Below the pieces are notes generated by a model. That model worked only from the letters and a program-made list of their open reading frames with translations. It had not been told where the DNA came from and made no database searches. A stretch of DNA of 61,788 bases, filler included, from Dugesia japonica (taxonomy: Eukaryota): assembly GCA_001938525.1 (NCBI GenBank). It is 6 parts of 6 records of this genome, joined end to end, with 100 filler letters (N's around TTAATTAATTAA, not from the genome) between each part and the next. Parts side by side here need not be neighbours in the genome. Positions count along the whole stretch, not along the records: positions 20,602 to 31,318 come from MQRL01572769.1; positions 31,419 to 41,107 come from MQRL01556129.1; 4 more parts are not named here. One strand, 5' to 3'. Each line of letters opens with the position of its first letter. Position 1 is the stretch's first letter. The position numbers and the translations under genes were made by a program. Positions 24,601 to 38,000 of the stretch are shown one piece after another.

Positions 24601-27600
24601 GAAATTTGATATGTATATCAAGGAATGTGTCGCAAAGACCAAGTAATGATAATGAAAAATGTTTTTATATCTCAACAAAAGTTTTTTACCAACGTGTTTT
24701 TTCAAATCAGACAGATTCCTTTGTGAAGGCTAATTATATAGTCGCAAATTCAATCGCCAAAAAATTGAAACCATTTTCTGATAGCAAATTTATTAAAAAA
24801 TGCTTAGAATGTGTTGCAGATATAATTAGCCCAGACAAGAAAAGTAATGTTACTAGCCATAATAGTAAAAGTATTATTTCTAAAATCAGTTTGTCCCATC
24901 AAACTATTGCCAAGAAAAATATATCGAAATATGTCTCGGGAAATATATTGAAAGCGATTTGAAAAGTAAAGCCTGTGGGTTTGCATCTTATTTTTGGCAA
25001 TGGTTGAAAGTATTGATGCTAATGATACGGCTAAATTCATCATTTTAGAAGTATTAATGACAAATATAATAGAACTAAAGAAATGCTCTCATGAGTGTCA
25101 TTAAAAGAGACGGCAAAATCGAGAGATTTATACAAAGCTATTTTCTTTATCATTTTCTAATATATGTGGCGTAATTACGGTAGGTGTTCCAGCTATGATA
25201 GATAAAAAAAATAAAAGGTTTTAAAATTAATTAAAGATGATTTGAATTGCTGTCGTAAACTTTCGTTTGATTAAGTACCATTGCATAGTACACCAAGAAA
25301 ATCTATGCGAAAAAGCTTTAAGAATGGATCATGTTATTGAAATCGTCTTCAAAACTGAATTTTTTAATGAGCCCAGAGATTACATCACGACCAATTCAAA
25401 GAATTTCTCAAAAACGTAGATGCAGAATTTGTTAATATCTTATACTTTGCAGAAGTAAGTGATTTAGTTGAGGACAAATGTTAAAACGATTTTATGACCT
25501 GCCTAATGAAATCAAATCTTTTATGACATCGAAAGTAAAATCTCTTGGAAAATATGGTGATGCCAACTGGCTTGCAGATTTAGTATTGAATACTCATTTA
25601 AATGATTTAAACATGCACCATCAATGGAAAAACCGAGCTATCAGTGAGATGTATCTAACCATAAATGTGTTGCAGGTAAAACTAGAATTATAGCAGGCGA
25701 CATTTTTTTCGCATCTATTTACAGTCGATATAGTAATGCTACTAGTAACTTTTCAAATGGAATGCATGAAGTTGCAATCTGATACCCAACTTAAAGAGAA
25801 ATTTACGAATCATACATACCCAGAGACAAATATCACGCATTATACAGTTATTTATACATTATTTTAAACGTTCTTTATGTCATCGATTGAGGAAGATCCT
25901 ACATGAGCGAACAACCATTTTCAAAGAATGAAGCATACTAAGTGTAAAATTAGAACCAAAATATTGGATGAACACCTTGAAGGCTGCCTAAGAATTGTAA
26001 CAGTTTCAATTCAACCATATATTAACAACATATATTAATAAATATCATATTACTTTTATGATTTGAACTTATAAATTAAATTTATAAAACAATGCCAAAT
26101 GAATTCCATGTTATGTATTTATAATGAAAAAATTCTAATAAATTCTAAAATACTTAAATATGAAAACTATATGTTTTATTTTATTTTTGGTCTTATGCTA
26201 TGGTAATATACTTGTGACCCAAAACTCCATGAATTATTCCAATGTGACCCAGAGAAACAAAAAGGTTGGACAGTCCTGAATTAGATCGTCAATCTGTATA
26301 TAAAAGTCTGTATAATAAAAATCTCATCTATATTTTTCAAGATGTATTATAAATTTCAAATAACTAATTATAATATGTATTTTTAATTACAAATAATATA
26401 AAAAATCTATTTGTAATTGGCAAGTTAATAATGCATTCAATGAAAATCAGAATTTAACAAATGGTTGAAGTTTATAACAGCTTTTTTTCTAATAATTTTA
26501 AGAATTATTTATTTTAATTTCGAATTCTAAAAGAATAGGCTACTTGAAGTCTAGACATTACACATTACGATAAAAGAAAACCAGTTTGACTGATTACTAA
26601 ACGAACAGTCGACATTAAGAGTTTTAAAGAAAATTTAATTAAAATTTACAAAATCTTTTTAACTTAATGTTATTTTTTCATTTATTTAAAAAAACTTAAT
26701 TAAAATATAATTATAAAAAGTCATCACTTCTTTTAGAAAAATATTGAAAATAAAATTACAAAATTTTATCACATTCATAATGACATTCATAATATTCGTG
26801 GTGAATGATATAATTAAATTTGGTCGCGGACTTGAATGGTTTTGAATACTACATGTAAAATGTATTTATTATTAGTTTACTTATAAATTATAAATAGATA
26901 ATGCTAGTTACAATTATGTATGTGAAAATTTTGTTGAATTTTTTAATTGAACACTCAGGTTATTACAGGGTTTCCCGTTCAGTTTTATAAATTCCAACAC
27001 AAATTTGATTAAATTTCCAATTCAATTTAATAATTTATTAATATTATATATTAATTTGAAATGGAAATGTATTAAATTAAATTGAAATATTATTAAATTT
27101 GGGTGAAAATTTATTGAACTGAACTGGAAACGCTGTAATTACAAAGATTAAAATTTCCCTTTAATTAATTATATCCATATGATCTTTAGTAGGTAATTTA
27201 GTAATTAATATGTAGTTTTTCGACTATTTTATGTTCTAATGAAAAACTAATGTAAAACGTATGAGATGAAAAATTCTTTTATTTATTTATTTATTTTATT
27301 TATAATATGATTTTTAATAAAATAAAGTAATAGCTTCGATCAAAATAAATTTTTGTATTATAGATATTCAAATTTTCGACGATTGTCTTCTTCAGGAATA
27401 TGATGACTTTTAGATAGATTTATACGATAATAGAACATTGTTACAAAATTGTTTATATTTTATTAAAATTGTGTTGGTTTATTTAAATTATAAATTTTAT
27501 TTTAAATTACATCTCAACATTTTTAATTAAATCGAAAAGTATTTTAAATGTTTAATTATTAGTTGGATTTTGTTATTTTTTGTATATAACATTTTTATAT

Positions 27601-30322
27601 TTGAAATTTTTTAAAAATTTCTTTCCATTATAATTATGATAAATTAATATAACTTTTATTAATATTGAATCTTATATTATTTTTTTTAAAACTGTTTTAT
27701 TAATATTATTATTAATTGGCAACCATTTTTTAAAATATTTATTTGCGATCAATTTCGACGGAATAAATGTCATCATCAGGCAATTAAAGAACATTAAAAC
27801 AAACTTTTTACAAAGTTTAAATAAATAATTTCAATTGTGCAATCTCAATAAAAAAATTCAATAAAATAATTTTAAGAGAGATGTTGAATCTGTCAACTGA
27901 AACTTAATTTTAGGATTTAATGCCCTTATCAACACAGCTTCACACATCACTCTCTCCCAATAATTATTAAATCCACGGCACAGAATTTTAAAATCAGAAC
28001 ACCCCATTGATTTTGTACATTTTCTCCGATGCTCAATAAGGTACATTTCTCATTAATCTCAAATGTGATCAATGGTTAAGTCTAACAAATATTCTCGCAT
28101 TAATTGTAATTATATGATTTCTAAATTAAATTTTTCTAGGAATGGATTATTATTTTATAAAAACTAAATAATTAAATAAAAATCTGTATGAATATGTTAA
28201 ATATATTGGAGATTTGTTCATAAATTATTATTCTCAAAAAATTTAAAAGAAAATTAAATTTGATTATTCGTTTTATTTATAAATATAAATTTTATTAGAC
28301 GCTTCTGCTCATGAAAAATTCAAAATTAGAATATTGAGTAGTCTATTGTGTTAATAGTAAAATTTTCAATATAATATATCAAATTTCATCATTTCGGCAT
28401 GTTTATTTTTATTTCATTAATGCGACATGTTTAATTATTTATATATAAAAATTTAAATTGATAAAAAATAAAATGCAACAACGCTTTTTTTGATTTTGAT
28501 CATTTTTAAGGGTGAAAAAATGTTTTTAGAACGAACTTTACATTTACTTTAAAGCAAAATTTTAACAAATTTATTTTAAAAAAATATTTCTTTATATGGA
28601 ATATTGTTAGTCTTGCCTTACAAATTAATTGAACTATTAATTATTTATTTGAAGAAATAAATTATTATTATTTAGATACTTATAATTTATAAATAATATA
28701 ATCTTGTGAATAATTCTAGTTTATTTATAATGTTAAAGAACATAAAATTTATAAATAACAATATATTAGTTCTGTGGATTTTTTCAACCTGCTTTATTTT
28801 ATTAATAAAACTTATTATAAAAGTAAAACTTGTTTTTCTAAATCAAAAAAAAGAAATATTGAGCTTTTTTAAGTATCAATGAGTTATTTTTAAACATGGG
28901 TGTATTAATTGATGTTTTTTTGGATTAAGAAAGGGACCTACCACAGAATCATTTTCGTCAGACAATGTTGTTGTGAATCTCTACTTAAAAGAAATGAAGA
29001 TGTATTTATCTTAAGACGAATTATCATAGGGGATGAGAAATTGGTCTAGTATAAGAATGTCACAAGAAAGAGATCATGGGGTAAGGCAGGTGAAACTCCA
29101 TTACCAACGCCAAAAGCTGACCTTCGACCACGAAAAGTGTTACTATCCGTGTGGTGAGGTTTTAAAGGAATAGTCCACTATGAATTGCTGCTACGCAATC
29201 AAACGATCAATTCTGAAAATATATTTATCTCAGCAGCTCTTAAGGCCATCATCAATGCAAAGTTATCGGAATTGGTCAAGCGGATGTGCGTTGTCTTACA
29301 CCATGATAATACCAGGCCACATATTTCATTGATTATGGAAAGTAGTCACGAGAATGGTAGGGAGCTTATAGTTTATCTGCCATACTCACCTTAGGATTAC
29401 CATTTATTCCGATCATTACAAAATTCTAAAATGAGTTTAATTCATTGGAGGCCATCAAAATGTACCCAGATGACTTTTCAATCAAAGATCAAAGGATTTC
29501 TAACAGCGAGGGATTTTTCAGTTGCCCGACAGATGGCGAAGAATGGTTCAAAAGAAAAGATCATATTTTGTTTAATAAAAATGTTTGAATTTTTCGTACT
29601 TTTCACTTAAAAGATGTTTGTCCGGACGTTCCGGAGGACCCAATATATTGTGTAAAAATGTCATGGTTAATTGTAATAAAGTCAATAAAATCATTGTAAG
29701 GCTGCTGCGAGGAGCTTGTCGCAGAATTCAAAAGAACTTTATTTTCATCCATAATTTTATTTAAAGCAAAAGAATACTTTAATTATTGTATTTATTCAAA
29801 CAAAATAAATATTTCATACAAAGCCAAGTAATTTGAAAATCAACTTCAATTTCCAAAATACTAATAATTTTTATTACAAATTTATTCAACTTAATTTATT
29901 TAAGAAAAAATAATTTAATTTTTAGCTCACTTAATTTATTTTTAAAAATATTACAATAAAATCAAATACTTAAAAATTTAAAGATTTTAATAAAGATATT
30001 TGAAATTGTAAAAGTAAAAGTCGTGAGCTTACAAAAATTTTAAACTAAGTATTTAAATTCTACATAGAATAATAGATACCGTAAAATAAAATCGAAAAAA
30101 ATAATTTCAAATATGAAATAAAATTAGACATAAAATAATTAAATTTAAAGTAATAATTTAATCGTATTATTGTTTAAATAAGCTACGGAAACACTTAAAA
30201 ATTAATAATAACTTTACTAAAACGAAACAATCAATATTTATTTTAAAAATAACCTGTCCAAATAAGAGTGTGATTTCTTCCACATGCCACAAGAAGTGCT
30301 TTTTCATTTAACGATTTCAGTG
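20624..30322 (-). CDS. RPGR: Partial RCC1-repeat protein, RPGR homologue
   Basis: Phase-consistent exons 30322-30254, 22180-22022, 21198-20960 and 20909-20624: [39 protein letters not shown]...LYMWGSNSESQLG...VDCGSYHCAAIT...VKQVSCGHNHTV...GKGDTGQLGLG. Collinear with the remembered RPGR sequence ([21 protein letters not shown]...). Confidence 0.85.
22611..22650 (+). ncRNA. Degenerate minimal hammerhead ribozyme upstream of the Penelope ORF
   Basis: CTGAAGA-A-GAAaaaaGTC-GAAA-ATTT. Homologue of 27364-27401, but stems I and II are damaged. Confidence 0.5.
22723..23061 (+). mobile_element. Penelope-like element ORF N-terminus (interrupted by a hAT element; appears to resume at ~24201-24330)
   Basis: KIQNHIKFISECKIRKLIPFALKI fits the PLE N-terminal NHxxFLxxCxxxxxIPxxL motif. 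It is preceded by a hammerhead-like motif. Confidence 0.7.
23062..24200. mobile_element. Non-autonomous hAT (Charlie-type) element
   Basis: TIR CAGTGTTTCTCAAA...TTTGAGAAACATTG. TSD ctctaaat/atctaaat (7/8). GGACCCC subterminal repeats. Confidence 0.85.
23165..23340. repeat. 11-bp minisatellite (ATTTAATACAT)n
   Basis: About 16 tandem units inside the hAT element. Confidence 0.9.
24480..26278 (+). mobile_element. hAT (Charlie/SPIN/GTF2IRD2-like) transposase pseudogene with right end
   Basis: ICLIC..KEHNLRK, IAKKLKPFSDSKFIKKCL, ISLSHQTI, YHCIVHQENLC and MLKRFYDL..WLADL motifs. Terminal ggttggacagtcctg. Confidence 0.85.
26966..27135. mobile_element. Tc1/mariner-type MITE
   Basis: TA-flanked imperfect TIR CAGGGTTTCCCGTTCAGTT...AACTGAACTGGAAACGCTG. 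Confidence 0.75.
27364..27401 (-). ncRNA. Minimal type I hammerhead ribozyme (Penelope-associated)
   Basis: Minus strand atattc-CTGAAGA-A-GAC aatc GTC-GAAA-ATT-T-gaatat: 6-bp stem I, GAC/GUC stem II and palindromic AAUU stem III. Confidence 0.75.
27738..27788 (-). ncRNA. Minimal type I hammerhead ribozyme (Penelope-associated)
   Basis: Minus strand tttaattgc-CTGATGA-T-GAC atttattcc GTC-GAAA-TTGA-TC-gcaaataaa: stem I 8/9 bp and AUC cleavage triplet, ~70 nt after the GIY-YIG stop. Confidence 0.8.
27858..28046 (-). mobile_element. Penelope-like GIY-YIG endonuclease C-terminus
   Basis: DFKILCRGFNNYWERVMCEAVLIRALNPKIKFQLTDSTSLLKLFY* matches the PLE E(A/S)xxIxxxxPxLN...LxLF end. Confidence 0.8.
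28051..28112 (+). mobile_element. Penelope-like ORF-start segment, inverted relative to the adjacent EN/HHR block
   Basis: aatctcaaatgtgatcaatggttaagtctaacaaatattctcgcattaattgtaatt matches 22715-22775. Confidence 0.65.
28960..29644 (+). mobile_element. Mariner transposase pseudogene, 3' half with right end
   Basis: LRRIIIGDEKLV, RKRSW, KVLLSVW*GFKGIVHYELL, LHHDNTRPH, PYSP and DYHLFRSLQN motifs. Ends ...gacccaaTA. Confidence 0.88.
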
Positions 30323-30559
30323 CTAAGATTATGAATATGTTTATACATATTTATTAAAGCAATAATAAGCATATCCACAAAAATAAAATTTATACAAAAT
30401 TCTACTATTTTGTAAAATTATATATAATTATAAACAATTAAAACGTATATTTTTTATGACAACCATACCTAACGCGCCAATTATAGCAGGCTAAATAAGT
30501 TTAATCTGTATTTATAAAAATTTACATAAGATATTTACATATTTATTTAAATTTCACAA

Positions 30560-31318
30560 CTACAAGCTATCTTCTGTATTTGGATTCACAAATTCTTCGT
30601 GATGTATTTGTTTCTCATATATTCGTACACCTTCTCAACTCCTGCATGACATAATAATTTATGTATTTCATCTATTGATTCATGTAGTTTTTCATTTTCT
30701 TGATCAAATCTGTTTCCTCAGAAATGTTTATTTGTCCTTCTTTTTCCTTTTATAATTATATTCAGTATTCTCGTTTTAATCTTTCCTTTCTTAACATTTT
30801 ACAATGTACACATACCTCACATCTTGGTCTAGATAACATATCTGCACTAGCATGTTGAATTCCTTTTCTATATCCCAAAACCATGTCTAAGCTGCTCAGA
30901 TAATTAATCCATGTCTCGAATTGCGGCGTAATTGGTTTCTTTGTCGTCATCATGAAAGTTAGAGCTTTGTGATCTGTTCAAAGAATAAATCTTCTACCGT
31001 AAAAGTAATGTTTGAAATGTATACAGAAATAATAAACAGTCAATAATTCTTTTCGTGTAATGCAGTATCCCTTTTCATGACATGTCATTAATTGTGATCC
31101 ATAAGCCACAACTCTTTCTTTTCCTTCTTTATCTCTCTGTGACAATACTGCTCCAATTGTATCGAAACTGGAATCAGTATCTAATATAAATTCTTTGTTT
31201 ATGTCGGGAAAAAACAATTTTGGTGCAGTCATTAAAGATTTTTTCAGACCTTCAAAAGTGTCGTTTATTTCATCTGTCCATTCTAATTTCTTGTTGCTTG
31301 GTCCGCTACACAACTGCT
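30560..31318 (-). mobile_element. Ty3/gypsy RNase H remnant
   Basis: FILDTDSSFDTIGAVLSQ, YCITRKELLTV and GIQHASADMLSR motifs. Confidence 0.9.
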
Positions 31319-31418
31319 NNNNNNNNNNNNNNNNNNNNNNNNNNNNNNNNNNNNNNNNNNNNTTAATTAATTAANNNNNNNNNNNNNNNNNNNNNNNNNN
31401 NNNNNNNNNNNNNNNNNN
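31319..31418. other. Artificial contig spacer
   Basis: N44-TTAATTAATTAA-N44. Confidence 0.95.
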
Positions 31419-31509
31419 ATTATTTTCAATTATTGTTATAATATACAAATAAATAATGTTTTAATTTTCATAATGTACAAATCGAAATTTATTTCTATTT
31501 CATTTCCAG

Positions 31510-32067
31510 GTATCAACTGATGTGTCAACTAAATACAAAACCTCTGTATCGGTAATAGTAATTTTCATAATAAATGCATATTTTACATCCTATAATCAAG
31601 ACTTCGTTTATTGGAAATGAATCAGCAATCGAACTTGATTTAGGTCCAAAAATTCAACAAAGTTGTCATAAAAATTATGTCACAATAAAAGAAGTATTGC
31701 GGCTTATCATTTTCTTTAAAAAATATACTCTAAATTTCTGTAGATTCTTGAACGATTGATTGGTCTTTGTGAGTCAAATGATATGAAAAGTAGAAAACAT
31801 GAGCAGCGACTATTGAAGAACATGGGAGCTCACAGTGTGATCATTGAATTATTGCAAATTCCATTTGATAAAGTATTTCTATTACATTAATGATCAATAT
31901 TATTGGTTGTATTTAGAAAAATGATGTCAAAATGCTGGAAATATTGGGACTAGCTCACGTTTTTCTTCAACGTTTTTGTCGCGGAAATGAATCTAATCAA
32001 TTTGTTCTACATAAATATAATGAATTATTTCTTACACCTGGAGTAGGTCATTGAATTTTTATTTATT

Positions 32068-32128
<61 letters not shown>

Positions 32129-32201
32129 NNNNNNNNNNNNNNNNNNNNNNNNNNNNNNNNNNNNNNNNNNNNNNNNNNNNNNNNNNNNNNNNNNNNNNNN
32201 N

Positions 32202-32266
<65 letters not shown>

Positions 32267-33802
32267 TAATATTAAATTGTTTGAATTTAGCACATGTATT
32301 GTACCAAGGATTTTGTTTATTGCGTAAGTAAGCATGTTATTTATGCTAGTCATGTTATGCAAAAATCTTATTGATTGGTGTTTTATTTACAGTTTTAACT
32401 CGATTATATAATTTGTGTATATTATTCATTTTGATGTTAGGAATTGCCTATTAACCTTTCATTCATTCTGAAAGTTTCATTCAATAACTTCACAGTTTAT
32501 TGGAATAAAATTATAGTTTTAATCGAATCTATAAAATTAATAAAAAGCAATTATACGATTATCAAAATATCACGTTTTTAAAAATAAATTTGTTTATTAT
32601 ATTTATATTTGAATCAGATTTATTGCGAAGACCTATTATTGTATAGTTATTATTTTATTATTTTTTTCAACTGATATGTTCCATTATTGGAAATCATTTT
32701 TAGTAAATTTCGAATATCATTGACGTATTTTTATGTTGTTTTATCTAATAGGTGCATTCTAAATTAGAAATGCATATTAATAATAGGAATATTTATGAAA
32801 AACCTTTTAAAAATTCAAATTTATTTGCTATGGTCTTATATTTTTTGATTAAATTAGTTTCTTTTTCGCAAATCACATCAGTTCAATCAATAAGTTCAAT
32901 TAATTAGGCACNAAAACNTTTGAGGAGGAATTTTAGTTTTTTAAAAAATGTTTTTTAGTATACTTATTTGTGCTCATAATCTTGTTAAATTCCGCATAAG
33001 GTGAATCAATTATGTGTGGTTGTGGTACATATCAAATTATTTGTTAATATCCAATGCATCAAATATTTCACAATTATATTAATATTATTATTATTACTAT
33101 TATTATTATCAATAATAATAATAATAATTATAATTTAGAAATCAAAATGTGTTCTACTATATTCTTTTCATGCGTTATTCATTACTATTTTGCATTGATC
33201 ATTTCAGATTGTTTATTCAGATAGAATATATATAAAATTGTATTTTTTCACTTTCAATAATTTAATGTATTCAAATGTATTGGAACACCTTATAGATATT
33301 AACTTAGAAAATAATTTNNNNNNNNNNNNNNNNNNNNNNNNNNNNNNNNNNNNNNNNNNNNNNNNNNTGCTTGGAATCAAATTTATCATAAAACTAAATG
33401 TGTTTTTCTATTAGATTAACTAAAATCTGATTTCTTCGTTGTAAACCGTGATTTACGATATTGTTAATGTTAAATTAGACAATTAGTATTGATGCTACGA
33501 AATTTCTGTCTTACTTATATTTTTTACGAAGTTGTTTTTTGATATGAATTACATGGTAATACATTAAATTAAATGATATTTGTTCTTGATTCCAGTGACA
33601 TGACCTTCGTCTTGCTCCCCTATTAACTGTCAATGTAATATAACTCTTTAAAGAATACTTTCATTGTAAAATTTCTAAAATTGTAAACTATCAAAATTAA
33701 TTTTATTGATCTCGACTTAAATATCACCATTGAAATTATTGCGATGGTTCAGGCTTGATTATATGATAAACTTTACGGTGGTACGGTGATTTTATATTAT
33801 TA

Positions 33803-33866
<64 letters not shown>

Positions 33867-35048
33867 CAAATAGAAATACGTGTTTTGATGAATTATGCAA
33901 TTAAATAAAGTAAAATAGTCACAATTCTCATATATTTCTATTTTAGTTACATGAAGCTGAAACGATGTCAGCCATTTATAAGGATAATTTGAAATTATGT
34001 AACAGTGTACCTGAAAAGGTTGTACAACATTATGTAAGATGTATTGAAACACATGGACATCAAGTTCCGTTTCTAAAATTTCTTCAGACGATAATTAAGG
34101 TTCAAGATCAATATATTCGTAAATGTCAAGACATGGTCATTTCGGAGGTAAGTTTAAATTTTCAAAATTTATATTTTTATAATTATTATATTATAGCTCA
34201 TTAGTGTAGGTGATGAAGTTCTCGTTTTCTATAATGATGAATTGAAATTTGAGCATTTGGTTAATATGATGGAATCTCAAAGAGCTCAGCTCCTTTCAAA
34301 CGGGCCTCTTCAATACCATATAGAATTGGTAAAATTATTGGCAATGGTTACTGAAGGAAAAAATGTATATTCTGAAATCAAATGCCATAGTTTGCTATCC
34401 GTTGAAGATATCTGTAATGTTATTTGTTATCCGAGTTGTACTATTTCCGTAAAAGAAGCTTATCTAATGTTTTTATGTCATTGCTATATCGATACTGAAG
34501 TAGAAATAAAAGATATTTTCAGTACCAATAGTCCAGTTTGGGATCTTCTTAACGTTTTCTCGCTTGATATTGCCAAGGTAATTATGCTCAGCTTTTTCTG
34601 AAAACAATTAGTCTTGAAATAACTAGTATCTTTAGTTAATAATATAATTATAATAATAATAATATGAATAATTATAATTATAATTATAATGACAATTATA
34701 GTAATCATTAATTAATATATTTTAGGTGGCGACCACTGTAGTCAGTAAACGAAGTGTAGATAAAGAATTGGAAGAATGCGTTACGCATACAATAATGAGT
34801 GTCTTAGTCACATTTTTTAATTCTCCTTTTTCAGAACAAAACACAGGAATACAGGTGATTTATATTGTGATTTACAAATTTTATATATTTATATACTCTA
34901 ATATTAATTTTAAATTTGTCTCATGACAGTAGCCAGGATTTTTTGATTGTGGGTAGCTGTAAAGAAATTATGATTTATTTTTAATATTATTTGACATTAA
35001 ACTCAAATTTAATAATTTATTCATTTCATTATGAAACTTGAAAATATT

Positions 35049-35081
<33 letters not shown>

Positions 35082-38000
35082 TAAATAATAAAAATATTAA
35101 TTGCTGAAAGAAATTTTGGGGATTTCAGCTTTGATTTTTGAAAATTAAAATTAAATTAACTTAAAATAATGATTTAATAATATTTAAACATTTAAATAAA
35201 TAAAATTAATATCAAAATGTTTCGTTATTTTATATTTTAAATCAACCATATGATGGGCAAATTCTCATCTGTTGTCTTCTATTGTTGTTACCTTTTGCAA
35301 TAAGGTTTGACATCAATTTACTCTGAAGATCAAACTCGGAATAATTTTAAAGATAACACGATATTTGTATTTAGATCAGATTAGAAAATAAAAATGTTAT
35401 TAATACTGAATTTACATATTTNTAAAAGTTACTAGTCAAGTAATATGGTTACACAATTTTACACTATATTACATTTTAACTACCCATATTATGTAACCAT
35501 TTTATATTGTGACCACCCATATTATATAACTATATATAATGTTTTAAAAATTTGTATATTTAACTTATAGAAATAAAAAGAACAAATTTATGGATTTAAA
35601 TTTGGAGATAATAAATGCATCTTAGGATATTTGAGAAATAAAGTCCTTAATATTCTAAATTTTTAACATCTCCAATTACTTTTGTTTATAAACCCAATAG
35701 TATGACCATTCAATTAATAAGACCATCAAGTTTGGCATTAACAAATTCAGATATTATTTTTGGTTTTTTAATATTTATTGTGGTAAACAGACTCACAAAT
35801 ATGTGAAACCAAAACTGGATTTGATTTGTAAGCTCCTTTTTTCAAAAGAATATACTTTTTATGGTCAACTAAATTCCAAATGTTTTCATCTATATTGTGA
35901 GATTTTTATGTAATTTTGAAAATTTTAAATCTTTTCTTTAATTTTTTATGTTTCTTCTTGAAGAAGTTCTGCTATAGATTCAACAGTTTCAGTAATGTCT
36001 ACATTTGCAGTAAATGGATTTATCTTTGATTCTTAGTTTTTGTTCTATCATTATTTGACCAAAGCTTACATTAATAAGTTTCAACGGCCGACACACACAA
36101 AATTCTATTTCTGTGATTCATTAGTTTTGTGACTCATATATTTTAGTTTTGCTTTCTTGTATTGCACGTTTTACTTTGCATAAAATAATTAATTATTTTT
36201 TAAAAGATATTTATTATTATATTTATTTCACGNNNNNNNNNNNNNNNNNNNNNNNNNNNNNNNNNNNNNNNNNNNNNNNNNNNNNNNNNNNNNNNNNNNN
36301 NNNNNNNNNNNNNNNNNNNNNNNNNNNNNNNNNNNNNNNNNNNNNNNNNNNNNNNNNNNNNNNNNNNNNNNNNNNNNNNNNNNNNNNNNNNNNNNNNNNN
36401 NNAAATTTCTGAATTTTAATTTAATGTAAAGTTTGCCTACCGCTGGTGTAATCAACGAAATCTTCATTATGACAATCAATCGTAGGAGTATAGTAACTAC
36501 TAATTAATTCCGTAATCATCATTAACTCCATTTAAAATGTCATCGACCCATAGGAGTTCGATACCGATCCCATTCAGAACCTCTGATTCAATAATATAAG
36601 TCATAATATTTATTAGTAATATCAGTAAATTTATCAAATTACATATAACTTTGAATTTTATCATTACTTTATTTTCACTGATTTTTACAGAACAAAAGAA
36701 AAGAAGTATTACATTTGATTCAAAATATGTTCAGATTATATCAATGTACTTGGTTGACTATTGACCAAAGAAACAATATCAGTTTCTCTTTAAAAACAGT
36801 TATGGAAATCAGTAAGTGTAATAATGTTTACGTATTTTTAAAGTTAAATTAAAATTCAAACTAATTATTTGAATAATATTTGTTTACAAATACCTTACAT
36901 AAATAGTTTTTTTTTACTTTTATACATTTTTTTAAAAATAAATTTCACATTTTTATTTATTTAAATCAATAATTTTTATTAAATTATTTAAAATTTTAAT
37001 AAACATTTACTGAATTATGATGTCATGTGTAATCCTGTTATTTTGTGGACGGTCGATGACAAATATGACACAAAATCAAAAGTATTTTTGTTTTAAGTTG
37101 ATATGAAAAAATGAATTAATTGAATTAGTTGGTGACATATTTGTTGCCAAATTATATTTGCGGTCGTTTGCAAGTGATTATTTATTTTCTCAATAATTTT
37201 AAAATCTATCAGAAATCAGTTAAGTGAAAATTTCAACTTAACTACTTATTATTAGTAAGTAGTATTGTATTTTTAATATAAATTTAATTGTATTATGTCA
37301 TAACTAGTATATCACCGGTCACAAATGACGGTTTGTAAGTGAAACTTTAATAATTTAAAAATTCTATAATGAAAAAATACTATACATTTATTTATATAAT
37401 TTTTATTTAAACTAATAAAATTTTTAAAAATTATAGTTTATTTTAAATTATACAACTCAAGCTTTCCGACAAATTCGCATACCGACGTAGGAAATTGTAT
37501 TTTAATTTTTTATTTTCCCGCTTTATTACTTCTGAAATTATCAAAATTTCAAATATTTATAATTTTTACATATTTGTAACAGATTAATGTAAAGTTCAAT
37601 CAAATATAAAATTTTACTAAATTCAAAATTTAATTTTATGCTTTACTCTGATTTCTTACAGTACAAAATCATATTTGCAATCGATAAATTTTAGTTAATG
37701 TTCTATTAAAATATTTTTCAGTCATATTACTTTAATAATTTCTTTATCATCTTGACTTACAGGTTAAGTAAGTATAAATTTCTCAATTTACAACCATTGT
37801 AATAACAATAATTGTTTTTTTTAATATTTTGTTTAACTAAGCTTAATTTCCCTAGATACAAACATATAACGGAGATTATGTGATGATTAATGTTAAATTA
37901 CTGATAAATTATTATCAACGTTTAATTCCATCAATTGATTTTCTTAGATATTGTTTTAATCTTTTTCCTCTGTATTTCAATCTGATCCAGTGCTTTTATT

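Noticed and set aside
29705-29724. GC hairpin ctgcga...tcgcag
   Set aside because: No adjacent CTAG end or other context, so it cannot be assigned.
32051-32362. Poly-L/I/N/Y ORFs (also 21337-21705, 33792-34052, 38459-38674, 39983-40234 tail)
   Set aside because: These are translations of (AAT)n microsatellites and N runs.
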